Virus record (IMG/VR): IMGVR_UViG_3300030329_003281
Location: 1 to 54,487 of that record
Origin: a virus
Lineage: Duplodnaviria > Caudoviricetes
Reading direction: 5' to 3' (one strand)
DNA: 54,487 bases
The translations under genes and the position numbers were made by a program. Each line of letters opens with the position of its first letter. Position 1 is the first letter of the stretch. The notes beneath the pieces were generated by a model. The model had not been told where the DNA came from. It did not search any database and saw nothing but the letters and a program-made list of their open reading frames with translations. Shown here in pieces: positions 18,725 to 29,617 of the stretch.

Positions 18725-21700
18725 ATGCCAGAATCTACAAATCTAAACGTAACACCGTACTATGATGATTTTGATGCAACTGAAAATCATGTAAGAACGT
18801 TATTTCGGCCTGGCTTTGCTATTCAGGCAAGAGAACTGACGCAAATTCAGTCTACACTTCAAAACCAAATTGAAAAAGGATTTAGTCATATCTTTAAAGA
18901 AGGGACTATGATTATTCCTGGCTCGACTACTTATTTGGGACGCGACACAGCACCAAGATATATTAAAGTTCAGAGCACTTTTGGTGGCGAAACTGTTGAT
19001 GTATCGCAGTATGTAAATGAAGATGTGCCTGTTACATTAACTGGTGCTACTTCTGGTGTTAAGTTTAGAGTGATTGCTGCTACTGAAGCAACGGAAACAG
19101 ATCCGGCGACACTTTTTGGTGTTTATACTTCAAGTAATCTTTCTGGAAGCAGAACCTTCACTGAAGATGATGAAGATGATGTATCTAATCGTAATCGTAG
19201 TGCATTAGATGCTGGTGGTAATGATACTTTTGTTGTTGGTGAAAATTTAAGTGCAGATATTGCTGTACAACATGGTAGCACGGCATATGTAGCAAATGTT
19301 GCTTCGTTGACAACAGATACCGCCAATCCAACAAGAACTGATGATAGCCAAAGTGATGCTTTCAATACACCTCTCACTGATAAATGTGTTATTGTAAAAC
19401 AATCGCCTGGAATCTTTTTTGTTAGAGGCCATTTTGTTGAGGTTGCAGAACAGACTCTTGTCGTAGAAAAGTACAATAATTTTGCAAGCGTAAGAATTGG
19501 TTTTCAGATTGAAGAGTCTATTGTTACACCTGAATCAGATACTAGTCTACTTGATAATGCAACTGGTACATCTAATTTTGCTGCTAAAGGTGCACACAGA
19601 TTAAAGATTACTCTTACTTTATCATCCAAACCTTTGGATAGTGTTGAAGATAAAGATTTCATTACTATAATTAAAGTGCGAGATGGTGTTGTTGAATCAC
19701 ATGCTCGCACTACTGAATATTCTATTCTTGAACAAACGTTGGCACGTAGAACGTTTGATGAGTCTGGTGACTATACTGTAAGGCCGTTTACTTTTGAAGT
19801 AAAAGAATCAGTTGATGTTAGTGTAGGTGAAATTGATTATAAAGGTGTGTACGCTGCTGGAAAAAGAACAAGAGATCGCAATACAGCTTCTGATGATCTT
19901 TTGGCACTTCAGGTGTCGCCTGGTAAGGCATATATTAAAGGACATGAGTTAGATAAAATTGCTCCAACAATTATTGATGTTAAGAAAGGTCGGGATTTTA
20001 ACACAATAAATGCCGGCACTTCACCAGCTGACTTGGGTAATTATCTTAAGATTACAAATGTATATGGAACTCCAGATGTTACAGATATTTCTGGCGAAAC
20101 AACTGTTTATAAAGAACTTAAATTGCATGATGAAATAAACACAACTAGAGGAACATCCAATGGCACACAAATAGGTGTTGCTCGTGTAAGAACATATCAA
20201 TATGATTCAGGTACAGTTGGTGAGAATGATGCAACTTACAGACTATATCTTTTTGATATTAACGCACTTACAAGAATCAATTTGAGTGGTACACCCAGCC
20301 CAACAATTCTGTCTAGTTCATCTAATGGCGGTAATCAGTTGACAGGTGTCACTAGTGGTGCTACTGGATTTATATATGGAGACACTACAAGTGGTGGCAC
20401 ATTATTTCTTACTAATGTCGTGGGAACTTTTGAAGCAGGTGAAAAGGTAAAGTTGTCGGATTCTGCCGAGTCGGATAAAGTGGTAGAGAATTCAAGTAAT
20501 GCAGATCTTACAATTGATGCTGTATTCACTTATGATCTTGCACGTACAAGGTCAGTTTCAATGGCGGACACTGGTGGAGATACTGGCCAAAACTTTACTG
20601 CTGATGTTCAAACAACAATTGAAACTTCAGGTACATCTTTTTTTGGTAATAATGGTACATCTTCAGATGGTACTGCTGACCAAGATGATCGTTTTGTATT
20701 AGAGGATGCCGCTGGTGGTAGTATAATGGCATTAGAGCCAGTAACAGGCAGTGGAACTCGTTCTCAAAAAAGAGTCGCAAAACTTATTGAACCAGAAAAG
20801 AATGTCAATATTTATAGACTACCAAAGGTTCCTGTTAAAACTCTATTAACAGAAACAAACTCTGGTGTGTCTGATACACAATATACTTTCCGTCAACAAT
20901 TTGTTGCAACTGCAACTTCTGCTGGTGTGATAACTCTAACTGCTGGTGGGTCATCGGAGACGTTTCTAGCACATACTGAAGCAGATTATACCATTTCTAT
21001 TTTAACTAATGGTAATGGAACTGCTCAACAAGGCGATATTGTTAGTGCGGGAACTGGATTTTCTGGTGCAGGCACAGCACAATTAACTATTACTAATCTT
21101 GCTGCCTTTGGTTCCGGTGGTGCAAAGGTTAAAGTTATGGCAACTTTGTTAAAGACTGCTGTAAGTCCAAAGGCCAAAACAACAAAATTGATGAAACAAC
21201 TTAAAGTGGATACTGGAAATACAGATCCATACGGAACACGGCCAAGTGATAGAGAAATATCTTTAGGTCGTGCCGATGTATTTGCTTTGGTTGCTGTGTA
21301 TGAAGCCACTGCTGCTTCTACTGATGCCGTTGCCCCCACGGTTACCTTTACAACACAAACTGGCACATTCACAAGAGGTGAAAAAATCACTGGTAGTGTC
21401 AGTAAAGCGACTGCAAGAATTGTTGATACGACAAGTCCAATGAGTGTTGTTTATACAAGTGCACCCGGCAAGGTGTTTACGACAGATGACACTATCACTG
21501 GTGCATCCTCTGGTGCAACTGCAACATTAACTGCTGTTACCGTTGGTGACGACTCAATTGTAGACGATTTCTTTCTTGATAATGGTCAAAGAGATAATTT
21601 TTATGATATTTCTAGAATCGTAAGACGTAGAGGTGCAGCATCACCTGTAAATAGATTGCTTGTAATTTATGATTATCTTGAACATGGCTCTGGTGATATG

Positions 21701-24700
21701 TTTACTGTTGATTCATATTCAGATGTAGCAGGTAGAATGGACTATGTTGATATACCAACATATAAAGATTTTAGATTACAGAATACATTTGATTTTAGGC
21801 CGACAGTAGAAAATATTGCTGGTGCTGGAACAGACCATACAACAGTAGATGAGATTACTGGTTATTCATTTGATTTCTTTGCTCGTCAATATGATGGTAC
21901 AGGTGCATCTGCGAGTCATTCTCCAAAACCGGCTTCTCTGACACAAGCAGATTTTGAATATTATTTGCCTAAAAAGGCAATAATTGAAATGGACACTAGA
22001 GGTGTAATTAGAGTTGTTGAGGGTCCGTCAGATGAGCAACCTAGACTCCCACAACAATCTGAAGAGACAATGAAATTAGGTGAAATGGATATTCCTGCCT
22101 TTACGTTTAATATAGATGATGTTAATCTTCGTAGAGAAAAACATCAACGATTTACTATGAAAGATATTGGTAAACTTCAGGATCGTATTGGTAATCTTGA
22201 ATACTACACACAACTTTCTCTTTTGGAACGTGATGCAGAAAGTTTTGAAATTACGGATGCAAACGGATTAAACAGATTTAAGTCTGGTTTTATTGTTGAT
22301 AATTTTGCTGGTCATGGTGTTGGTGATGTTCAACATAAAGATTATCAGTGTTCTGTTGATCAAGAAAAAAATGAACTTCGACCTGAATCAGTAATGAAGA
22401 ATGTTAGTTTGAAAGAAGTAGCCACAACTGATGCAGCGAGGGCTGGTAATAATTATCAAAAAACAGGAGATTTGTTTACTCTTCCTTATACAGAAGTTAT
22501 ACAGATTGAACAACCATATGCTACACGAACTGAAAGAGTTACACCTGTTCTTTTATCAAATTGGGCTGGTCAAATACAATTATCGCCAGCGGGAGATGAT
22601 TGGTTTGAAACTGAAGTGGCACCAGCTTTGATTGTTAATGTAGAAGGTGATTTTGAAACAATAAGAGCTCGTGAATTTGGTCAGAGTAGAAGATCCCAAC
22701 AAGTGATGGGAACTTTTTGGAATTCTTGGGAAACGCAGTGGAGCGGTTTGGTATCGGAAGAAATTGCTGCACAGGGCCCAGGCGGCGGTGGCACTATTAC
22801 GAGGCGAATAACTCGTCGAGTTAGAACCGGCACTAGGGTGGAGGTTCGTGAAAGAATTGATAGAGAATCTAAAGGAACAAAAGTAATATCTAGAGCGATG
22901 GTTCCTTTTGTTAGATCGAGGAATGTTACTTTTGAAGGATTTGATTTTTTACCTAATACACAAGTATATCCTTTCTTTGATGTAACAGATGTAAGTGAAT
23001 TTACTAGACCTTTGGCTGGATTCTCAACAAACGATTCAAGTTTGGTTGTTGGTGATGCTCTTGTAACTAGTCCTAGTGGTAGAATTAAAGGGGTTTTTGA
23101 AATACCTGATCCTAAAGTTAAAGGTAATCCTAAATTTAGAACGGGTTTGGTTAATTTTAGATTAACTTCAAGTCCAACAAATATAGTTTCTGTTGATCCT
23201 GTTACTGCTGGTGAAACGAATTATGATGCAAATGGTATTGTTGAAACTTTACAAGAAACTATTATTGCCACAAGAAATGCTGAAGTAAGAAGAAGAACTG
23301 TTTCGGAAACTACTACTAGTACAAGTGAAGTATTGTTCGCGCGTGAAGGCGGTGGCGGGGACCGTACCGGCGGCGCCGGCGCCGATGATCCTTTAGCTCA
23401 AACCTTTATGGTTGACATAGCTGGTGGTATGTTTATCACGAGTGTGGATCTTTTCTTTGAAGCAAAAGATTCTGATCTTCCTTGCACGGTGGAAATTAGA
23501 GAAGTTGTTAATGGTTATCCTGGCCCAAGAGTTTTACCTTTTGGTAGAGTGGTTAAAGATCCTGATGACATTGTTACTGATTCTACTGGTCAAACAGCAA
23601 CTAACTTTAAATTTGATTCGCCAATCTATTTACAAGCAGGACTTGAATATTGTATAGTGGTAATCGCCAACGTTCCAACATATAAAGTCTGGATCGCAAG
23701 AATGGGCGAAACAGAAATTCAATCTACATTGGCTCAGGCGCAGGTTGGTGGAACTTCTGCTGCTGCAACAAATATTTTATTCTCTGAAAGAACTGTTTCA
23801 GATCAACCAGAAATAGGTGTTTTGTTCAAAGGACATAATAATAGAACTTGGGCACCTTCTTTGACTGAAGATTTAAAATTCAACTTGTATCGAGCAGAGT
23901 TTAGTACAGATACTGGCACAGTTTCCTTGGAGAATGAATCAAATCCAGTTAAACTATTACAAGATAATCCAGTTGAATTTCTGGATGGTAGTGCTGTAAT
24001 TAAAGTCTTTCATCCAAATCATCAGATGTATAGCACATCAAATAATGTAATTATTGCTGGTGTAAAATCTGGAGTAACAACTACATTGTCTGCGGCTATA
24101 ACTGCATCTTCTACCACTATTGAATTGACTTCTGGTACAAACTTTGATGATACTAGCGGTGTCTATTCTAGAGATGCATCTAATGTGTATTATATCAAAA
24201 TTGATGATGAGATTATTTCATATACCTCAATCAGCACAAACACAATTAGTAGTGCAACCAGAGCCGTAGACTCAACGACTGCTGTTTCTCATGCAGAGGG
24301 CGCAACAGTTGAACTGTATATGTTGCATAAGATTCCGTTTACAGAAATCAATAAGACACATACTGCGATTGCAAATATTGAAATTGATAGTTACACTATA
24401 TCATCAACTGCTACAGCAGTTATTGATAGCACTGGAACTACAAGAACAAGAAATGGTGGTGCGGAAGTGACTGCTACAGAAAATGTTTTATATGATGTTG
24501 CTAAGTATCAAATTGGTATGATTGAACTTCCAGACACAAGTATCACAGCATCAAAAAGACCAACAACAGCAACAAGTCCAAGTGGATCACAAACTTCTTT
24601 TACAAAGACTACTGCTGCTAAAGCTTTCAATATACCATTAAATGAAAACATTTATTATACTGATCCATATCTTGTAGCATCTGATATTAATCAAGACAAT

Positions 24701-25273
24701 GAAATGTCTTCTGTAAAATCGTTATCATTAGATATTAAATTACAAACGAATTTATCTAATGTATCGCCGATTATTGATACTGACAGAATGTCAATGATTG
24801 CTGTTGGAAACAGAATTAATAATATTGACTCATCTTCTGATGTTTATCCAACATCTGAGTATTTTGCTTCGACAGAATCGGACGGTGATAATAATTCAGC
24901 AATTTATATTACAAAAGAGATAAGTCTTGCACAGGCCGCAACTGCATTAAAAGTCTTCTTTGCTGCAAGTAGAGATTCCGATGCAGAAATTAAAGTCTTA
25001 TACAAGGTTTTTAAAGAGGATGATGAAACAGATTTTAATGAAATGGGTTGGAGATTCTTCAATGATGATGGAACTCCCGATGTTGCTGTAGGTGCTTCTG
25101 CTGGTAGAGAAGATTTTCGTGAATATCTGTATACTGCTGGTGTCACTGATGACGGTCTTGGTGTTGAACTGGAATCGTTTATTGCATTTGCAATTAAGAT
25201 TGTAATGCAATCAACCAATTCAGCTGCTGCACCTAGAATTAGAGACTTCAGAGCAATTGCGTTGGCAACATAA
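18725..25273 (+). CDS. large virion structural protein, VrlC/DUF4815-like
   Basis: NLNVTPYYDDFD...LFRPGFAIQARELTQIQS, LARRTFDESGDY, RFTMKDIGKL..RI.NLEYYT.LSLLE, RFKSGFIVDNF, DPLAQTF, PRIRDFRAIALA. Confidence 0.85.
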   Translation: MPESTNLNVTPYYDDFDATENHVRTLFRPGFAIQARELTQIQSTLQNQIEKGFSHIFKEGTMIIPGSTTYLGRDTAPRYIKVQSTFGGETVDVSQYVNEDVPVTLTGATSGVKFRVIAATEATETDPATLFGVYTSSNLSGSRTFTEDDEDDVSNRNRSALDAGGNDTFVVGENLSADIAVQHGSTAYVANVASLTTDTANPTRTDDSQSDAFNTPLTDKCVIVKQSPGIFFVRGHFVEVAEQTLVVEKYNNFASVRIGFQIEESIVTPESDTSLLDNATGTSNFAAKGAHRLKITLTLSSKPLDSVEDKDFITIIKVRDGVVESHARTTEYSILEQTLARRTFDESGDYTVRPFTFEVKESVDVSVGEIDYKGVYAAGKRTRDRNTASDDLLALQVSPGKAYIKGHELDKIAPTIIDVKKGRDFNTINAGTSPADLGNYLKITNVYGTPDVTDISGETTVYKELKLHDEINTTRGTSNGTQIGVARVRTYQYDSGTVGENDATYRLYLFDINALTRINLSGTPSPTILSSSSNGGNQLTGVTSGATGFIYGDTTSGGTLFLTNVVGTFEAGEKVKLSDSAESDKVVENSSNADLTIDAVFTYDLARTRSVSMADTGGDTGQNFTADVQTTIETSGTSFFGNNGTSSDGTADQDDRFVLEDAAGGSIMALEPVTGSGTRSQKRVAKLIEPEKNVNIYRLPKVPVKTLLTETNSGVSDTQYTFRQQFVATATSAGVITLTAGGSSETFLAHTEADYTISILTNGNGTAQQGDIVSAGTGFSGAGTAQLTITNLAAFGSGGAKVKVMATLLKTAVSPKAKTTKLMKQLKVDTGNTDPYGTRPSDREISLGRADVFALVAVYEATAASTDAVAPTVTFTTQTGTFTRGEKITGSVSKATARIVDTTSPMSVVYTSAPGKVFTTDDTITGASSGATATLTAVTVGDDSIVDDFFLDNGQRDNFYDISRIVRRRGAASPVNRLLVIYDYLEHGSGDMFTVDSYSDVAGRMDYVDIPTYKDFRLQNTFDFRPTVENIAGAGTDHTTVDEITGYSFDFFARQYDGTGASASHSPKPASLTQADFEYYLPKKAIIEMDTRGVIRVVEGPSDEQPRLPQQSEETMKLGEMDIPAFTFNIDDVNLRREKHQRFTMKDIGKLQDRIGNLEYYTQLSLLERDAESFEITDANGLNRFKSGFIVDNFAGHGVGDVQHKDYQCSVDQEKNELRPESVMKNVSLKEVATTDAARAGNNYQKTGDLFTLPYTEVIQIEQPYATRTERVTPVLLSNWAGQIQLSPAGDDWFETEVAPALIVNVEGDFETIRAREFGQSRRSQQVMGTFWNSWETQWSGLVSEEIAAQGPGGGGTITRRITRRVRTGTRVEVRERIDRESKGTKVISRAMVPFVRSRNVTFEGFDFLPNTQVYPFFDVTDVSEFTRPLAGFSTNDSSLVVGDALVTSPSGRIKGVFEIPDPKVKGNPKFRTGLVNFRLTSSPTNIVSVDPVTAGETNYDANGIVETLQETIIATRNAEVRRRTVSETTTSTSEVLFAREGGGGDRTGGAGADDPLAQTFMVDIAGGMFITSVDLFFEAKDSDLPCTVEIREVVNGYPGPRVLPFGRVVKDPDDIVTDSTGQTATNFKFDSPIYLQAGLEYCIVVIANVPTYKVWIARMGETEIQSTLAQAQVGGTSAAATNILFSERTVSDQPEIGVLFKGHNNRTWAPSLTEDLKFNLYRAEFSTDTGTVSLENESNPVKLLQDNPVEFLDGSAVIKVFHPNHQMYSTSNNVIIAGVKSGVTTTLSAAITASSTTIELTSGTNFDDTSGVYSRDASNVYYIKIDDEIISYTSISTNTISSATRAVDSTTAVSHAEGATVELYMLHKIPFTEINKTHTAIANIEIDSYTISSTATAVIDSTGTTRTRNGGAEVTATENVLYDVAKYQIGMIELPDTSITASKRPTTATSPSGSQTSFTKTTAAKAFNIPLNENIYYTDPYLVASDINQDNEMSSVKSLSLDIKLQTNLSNVSPIIDTDRMSMIAVGNRINNIDSSSDVYPTSEYFASTESDGDNNSAIYITKEISLAQAATALKVFFAASRDSDAEIKVLYKVFKEDDETDFNEMGWRFFNDDGTPDVAVGASAGREDFREYLYTAGVTDDGLGVELESFIAFAIKIVMQSTNSAAAPRIRDFRAIALAT

Positions 25274-25274
25274 A

Positions 25275-25505
25275 ATGAATGAAAAAGAATATAGACAAGT
25301 AGAAGATAATACAGACCTTGCAAGAGATATGCATTCTGGTGCTATTGTAAATACAAGTAGAAATGCTTATGAAAGAGCTGTTGCTCGGTCTAGAGCTGCT
25401 CAACAGCAAAGAGATGAATTGAGGAGTGCGACAAGAGAAATAAATAATATCAAATGCGAAATGCATGAAATAAAATCTTTATTGCAACAATTGGTAAGTA
25501 AATAA
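25275..25505 (+). CDS. small conserved protein that follows VrlC-like genes in T4-like phages
   Basis: VEDNTDLARD..SGAIVN plus a C-terminal coiled coil; ATG 25275 lies 1 nt after the upstream stop. Confidence 0.65.
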   Translation: MNEKEYRQVEDNTDLARDMHSGAIVNTSRNAYERAVARSRAAQQQRDELRSATREINNIKCEMHEIKSLLQQLVSK

Positions 25506-25509
25506 AACG

Positions 25510-26652
25510 ATGGCCACAGTAACAGCATCATCAGTCTCGTCATCTGATAGTGTAGAAAGATTCAGACAAGAGTTTAATACTTTGCGCTCAGATGTTAGTA
25601 ATATTCAATCTGGCAGCTTGACTATTAGTAATGAAGCAAACAATCGTATTCTTACTTCTGTAAGTACGAATACTTTTAATGCAGAAGAGAGTTTAACCTT
25701 TGATGGATCAACTTTTGCTGTTGGTGGTGCAGTAACTGTAAGTGGTCTTACAACTCTTAGTGGTAATCTTGTTATACCTAATGCGGGAAACATTGGTTCT
25801 GATGGTGACAATGATGCTATTGCTATTGCTTCTAATGGTGTGGTAACATTTAGTCAAGCACCAGTATTTCCAGATGGTTCTCTTGCAATTGATGATTTAG
25901 ATATTGATGGTGCTACGGATATTGGTGCTGGACTTGCAGATGCAGATTTATTTATTGTTGATGATGCTGCTGGAGGTACGAATAGAAAAACAGCAGCTTC
26001 CAGAATTAAAACATATATTGCTGATGTAACACTTACAACTGCTGCACAAACAAACATTACTTCACTTGGTACGTTGACAACTCTTACGGTTGATAATATA
26101 ATTATCAATGGTACAAATATTGGCCACACGTCAGATACAGATGCAATTGCAATTGCATCTGATGGTAAAACTACATTTAGTCAACAAACAACACATTCTG
26201 GTGGTATTCTTGTTGCTGATGCTGGTAACATTGGTTCTGCTTCGGATGCAGATGCTATAGCTATATCTTCATCTGGATTAGTTACTTTGTCTCAAGATTT
26301 AACAATGGGACATGATGGTGCGGTAATAAATTTTGGTGGGGACAGTGAGATTGCACTAACTCATAATCACAATGTTGGATTGAAGATGACATCAACAGCA
26401 TATGCTCCTTTGGCTCGTAGAGGTGAGGATGTGTTTATCGTCTTGGACCAAACGGCAGCTGGAGGTACAGATGCTGGTGATAATGTGATCATGAACGCAA
26501 GTGATGGTAGTAGCACTGATGATGGTGATGATATTATTGGAGAGGATGAAGTGTTTCTACATAGTGGTATGCAAAGAAACGTTATAGAAATTCGTGATTC
26601 TGGCGGCAAATTACTTAATTCTGTTGCTGGATTTGCGCCAGGAGCAATATAA
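25510..26652 (+). CDS. fibre-like virion protein with 3 internal repeats
   Basis: N-terminal SDSVERFRQEFN motif seen in fibre N-termini; (G/T)NIGxxxDxDAIAIxSxGxxTFSQ repeated three times. Confidence 0.65.
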   Translation: MATVTASSVSSSDSVERFRQEFNTLRSDVSNIQSGSLTISNEANNRILTSVSTNTFNAEESLTFDGSTFAVGGAVTVSGLTTLSGNLVIPNAGNIGSDGDNDAIAIASNGVVTFSQAPVFPDGSLAIDDLDIDGATDIGAGLADADLFIVDDAAGGTNRKTAASRIKTYIADVTLTTAAQTNITSLGTLTTLTVDNIIINGTNIGHTSDTDAIAIASDGKTTFSQQTTHSGGILVADAGNIGSASDADAIAISSSGLVTLSQDLTMGHDGAVINFGGDSEIALTHNHNVGLKMTSTAYAPLARRGEDVFIVLDQTAAGGTDAGDNVIMNASDGSSTDDGDDIIGEDEVFLHSGMQRNVIEIRDSGGKLLNSVAGFAPGAI

Positions 26653-27611
26653 TGGCAGTTAGATCTCCTTTATACTTTAGTGGCGGCAACCTGATTGAAT
26701 TGTCTTCGGGCGAAATCAACCAGTGGTCACAGAAAGCTATTTACCAGTATAGTTTAAATCCTACTGCTGTTCTTACTGTTGTTTCCAGTAGTGGAGCGAA
26801 TATTGATGCTATCAGCGACACCAGATTGGAGGCAGGCGCAACTTCACAAAGTTCAACTGCTTTTGTTGCAGAGGCTAGCACTGCTGAACCGGGCACTGTG
26901 ACAGTTTCTTACGATAAAATCAATCTTGCCTATACTGCAACGGATGACATCTCTAATACTTCTGATACAGGAACCACCTTTCCTGTTTATTATGATAGTA
27001 GCGCCGGTGCTGTGCGGGCTATGAATTTGACAGATCTTTTGGACACTTTCATTTATCCGGCAGTGGACCTTATGATTGCTGCATCTGAGTCTTCTGATAC
27101 TGCTGGAACATATACGATAACATCATCAGCGACTGCGGCGAGTAATTACACTAAAGTCTCTGCTTCTGATGTTGCTGTTTTTACAGATACAAGAGCAGAC
27201 ACATCTGCATATAGTTCTTCGGGTATTCCTGAAACTCTTGACCAGCCAACCACGGTCACTAATTACTATCTTCATCGTAGAGATGGTTCTGATCTGACTC
27301 CAGATAGAACGCCCGTTCTTATTGATGGTTCTAATAATATTCAAGAGTTTTCCACGAGCACTCTTGCTGACCTACTAGGTGATTGGTTGAGATACACTGC
27401 GGCACATGATACTGGTGGATATAAAATTACATATTCTGTTGGAACAAGTGGTAGTGGTAATGCCAGAGGAACCAATATGCTTGATACAAAACTTAATGGT
27501 TCTGGTAATTATCAGACAAGACAGGTTGGTGATGATTATCGCTCACAAGAATTTCCAAACGGTTCTCCAGCCACAATCAGCACCTACAAACTTTTTATAA
27601 ATAAGACATAG
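26652..27611 (+). CDS. putative virion structural protein
   Basis: Ser/Thr-rich, beta-strand-like; MAVRSPLY...YRSQEFPNG; TAATG coupling to the fibre gene. Confidence 0.55.
   Translation: MAVRSPLYFSGGNLIELSSGEINQWSQKAIYQYSLNPTAVLTVVSSSGANIDAISDTRLEAGATSQSSTAFVAEASTAEPGTVTVSYDKINLAYTATDDISNTSDTGTTFPVYYDSSAGAVRAMNLTDLLDTFIYPAVDLMIAASESSDTAGTYTITSSATAASNYTKVSASDVAVFTDTRADTSAYSSSGIPETLDQPTTVTNYYLHRRDGSDLTPDRTPVLIDGSNNIQEFSTSTLADLLGDWLRYTAAHDTGGYKITYSVGTSGSGNARGTNMLDTKLNGSGNYQTRQVGDDYRSQEFPNGSPATISTYKLFINKT
27596..27603 (+). promoter_or_regulatory. T4-type late promoter TATAAATA heading the tailoring-enzyme cluster
   Basis: Exact consensus inside the last codons of 26652..27611, followed by SD AGGAG and ATG 27622. 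Confidence 0.7.
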
Positions 27612-27621
27612 GAGATAAACT

Positions 27622-28191
27622 ATGGCTGAAGAAACTGCTGCCTACACTGCGAATGGCGAACCGAAATATCCTTTTGTTGGAAGGATAGTTGAGGCTTATT
27701 ATACAAATGCGGATTTGACTGAGATTGACATCATTCACAATTATGATGTTCCTGATGATGGTGCACATACAAATGGTGGTAAAGAAGGCACGACAGTATT
27801 CTCGGTTTCCGTTGATGAAACGGATGAGCGTTTTCTAGCACTGCTTCAAGAATTTTCTTATGAGTCGCTTGATGAGTGCACAAGAAACAGAAACGAAGCA
27901 TTTCGTGAGCAATTCAGACAAGCATTCCAAGATTATGCACAAAGAAACAAAGTAGAAATTTTTGAAGAAGTTATTGTCAAAAAAGAAGTTGAAGTTGAAG
28001 ATGGGCCGTTAGATCTTATATTTGAATTTGATTCTGACAATGAAATACACAAAGATATTCTCTTTAGATTAAAACTAAAAATGTTTGAGCAAGAAGTCGT
28101 TCAAAAAAGTAAAAAGAAAAAAGCAAAAACCGATATTCGTAAAGCAGAAACATTAGGAGGAGCTCTTAAAGCATATTGCGAATTTCTTTAA
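27622..28191 (+). CDS. hypothetical protein (possibly a fibre chaperone or adaptor)
   Basis: Strong SD; 189 aa with an acidic N-terminal half and a helical, basic C-terminus; no motif recognised. Confidence 0.55.
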   Translation: MAEETAAYTANGEPKYPFVGRIVEAYYTNADLTEIDIIHNYDVPDDGAHTNGGKEGTTVFSVSVDETDERFLALLQEFSYESLDECTRNRNEAFREQFRQAFQDYAQRNKVEIFEEVIVKKEVEVEDGPLDLIFEFDSDNEIHKDILFRLKLKMFEQEVVQKSKKKKAKTDIRKAETLGGALKAYCEFL

Positions 28192-28202
28192 TCTGAAAAA
28201 AT

Positions 28203-28967
28203 TTGTATATGAGAGATTTGATGATTGAAAATACTATACTATGTGTTAAGTGGGGTGACAAATACGATGACGAATATGTACACAATCTAAAAAAACAGTG
28301 CATGGAAAATTGCTCTGTTCCATTTAACTTCTATTGTCTCACTGACAAAAAAACAAAATCCTATGATATAACACTCCCTACAAAATGGGATCCCTACTAC
28401 GATGAAAATCGTGGTTTCTTTTGGGCTTATCGTAAGTGTTATATGTTCAAACTGAATGAAAGCATCGATGGTGATTTTATTGGTCTTGAGGGTAATAAAT
28501 TTTTGTTTCTAGATCTTGATGTTATTATTCATCAAGACTTAAAATATTTCTTTGACTTGCCTATGGATAAACCATATATTGTTCGTGGTTGGTGGAATGA
28601 TATAGGCACAGTAAAACGTAACTTTTCAAAACACAAATCTACAGCTATTAATTCTTCTGTAATTCGATGGGATCGTGGTCAACTGAAAAAGGTATACAAC
28701 GAAATCAATAAGAATGCAGAGTTGGTATTTTTTACTTATCCTAGTATGGACAACTATATCAATCATCGTTGGTATAACATATGGGATGAAGATGAAGGTT
28801 TCTTTAGAGCATTTCCAAAGGGTGACATTTATTCTTGGTATAAAGGAAACACATTTCCTGATGATATGGAAACAAGAAAATTACGAGAAGATCATAAGAT
28901 TTGTCTGTTCAACAATAGCAATTTCGGTGAAGGTATCAATGACGATGAGATAAAAGAGCTATGGTAG
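28203..28967 (+). CDS. GT-A fold glycosyltransferase-like protein (start probably ATG 28221)
   Basis: ILCVKWGDKY, FYCLTD, FLDLDVII (DxD motif), INSSVIRW. Confidence 0.75.
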   Translation: MYMRDLMIENTILCVKWGDKYDDEYVHNLKKQCMENCSVPFNFYCLTDKKTKSYDITLPTKWDPYYDENRGFFWAYRKCYMFKLNESIDGDFIGLEGNKFLFLDLDVIIHQDLKYFFDLPMDKPYIVRGWWNDIGTVKRNFSKHKSTAINSSVIRWDRGQLKKVYNEINKNAELVFFTYPSMDNYINHRWYNIWDEDEGFFRAFPKGDIYSWYKGNTFPDDMETRKLREDHKICLFNNSNFGEGINDDEIKELW

Positions 28968-29617
28968 ACTATCTAAGATTTACACCAGAACTGTGTTATG
29001 ATTGGAAACAAGCCGTAGTTGATGTGGAAAGATATTATCCACATCAAATGAAACGCACACTAGATGCATCTATACCATCGCAATTAGAAAGTAAGTTGTG
29101 GATTGTTGATGAACTGAAAAAAATAGAAGACTGTTTTGATTTTCAACCAAATATTGCTTTGATAGGTGGATGGTTTGCAAATTATCTAACTCCTTTATTG
29201 ATAGATAATTTGAATGCCTGTAAAGTGGTCAATCACGAAATAGACAATGATGCAAAAGATATTAGTTATAAGTATAATAAAAGATATAAGGAGACAGGAC
29301 AATATCAATGTCTTATCAAAGATGCTATGATGAAAGAACTAGATGAAATCTTTGATATCGTTATTAACACATCTTGTGAGCATATGTTTCCTATGAAAAG
29401 ATTTGTTGAAATGAATAAACAAACATTACCTTTTAATGGGGAACAAAACAACCCTTTATATGTTTTGCAATCAACCAATGATGACCAATATGATGATCAC
29501 ATAAACTGTGTATCCTCACCAGAGGAATTGGCAGAACAAGCTGGTATCGTTCCAGAATATATGGGAAGTCTAACATTATCAAGTGGTATGGAAAGATTTA
29601 TGGTTATTGGGCGATGA
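28961..29617 (+). CDS. class I SAM methyltransferase-like protein
   Basis: SQLESKLW, IALIGGWFA glycine loop, NHEID, DIVINTSCEHM, LQSTN...HINCV...RFMVIG. Confidence 0.65.
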   Translation: MVDYLRFTPELCYDWKQAVVDVERYYPHQMKRTLDASIPSQLESKLWIVDELKKIEDCFDFQPNIALIGGWFANYLTPLLIDNLNACKVVNHEIDNDAKDISYKYNKRYKETGQYQCLIKDAMMKELDEIFDIVINTSCEHMFPMKRFVEMNKQTLPFNGEQNNPLYVLQSTNDDQYDDHINCVSSPEELAEQAGIVPEYMGSLTLSSGMERFMVIGR

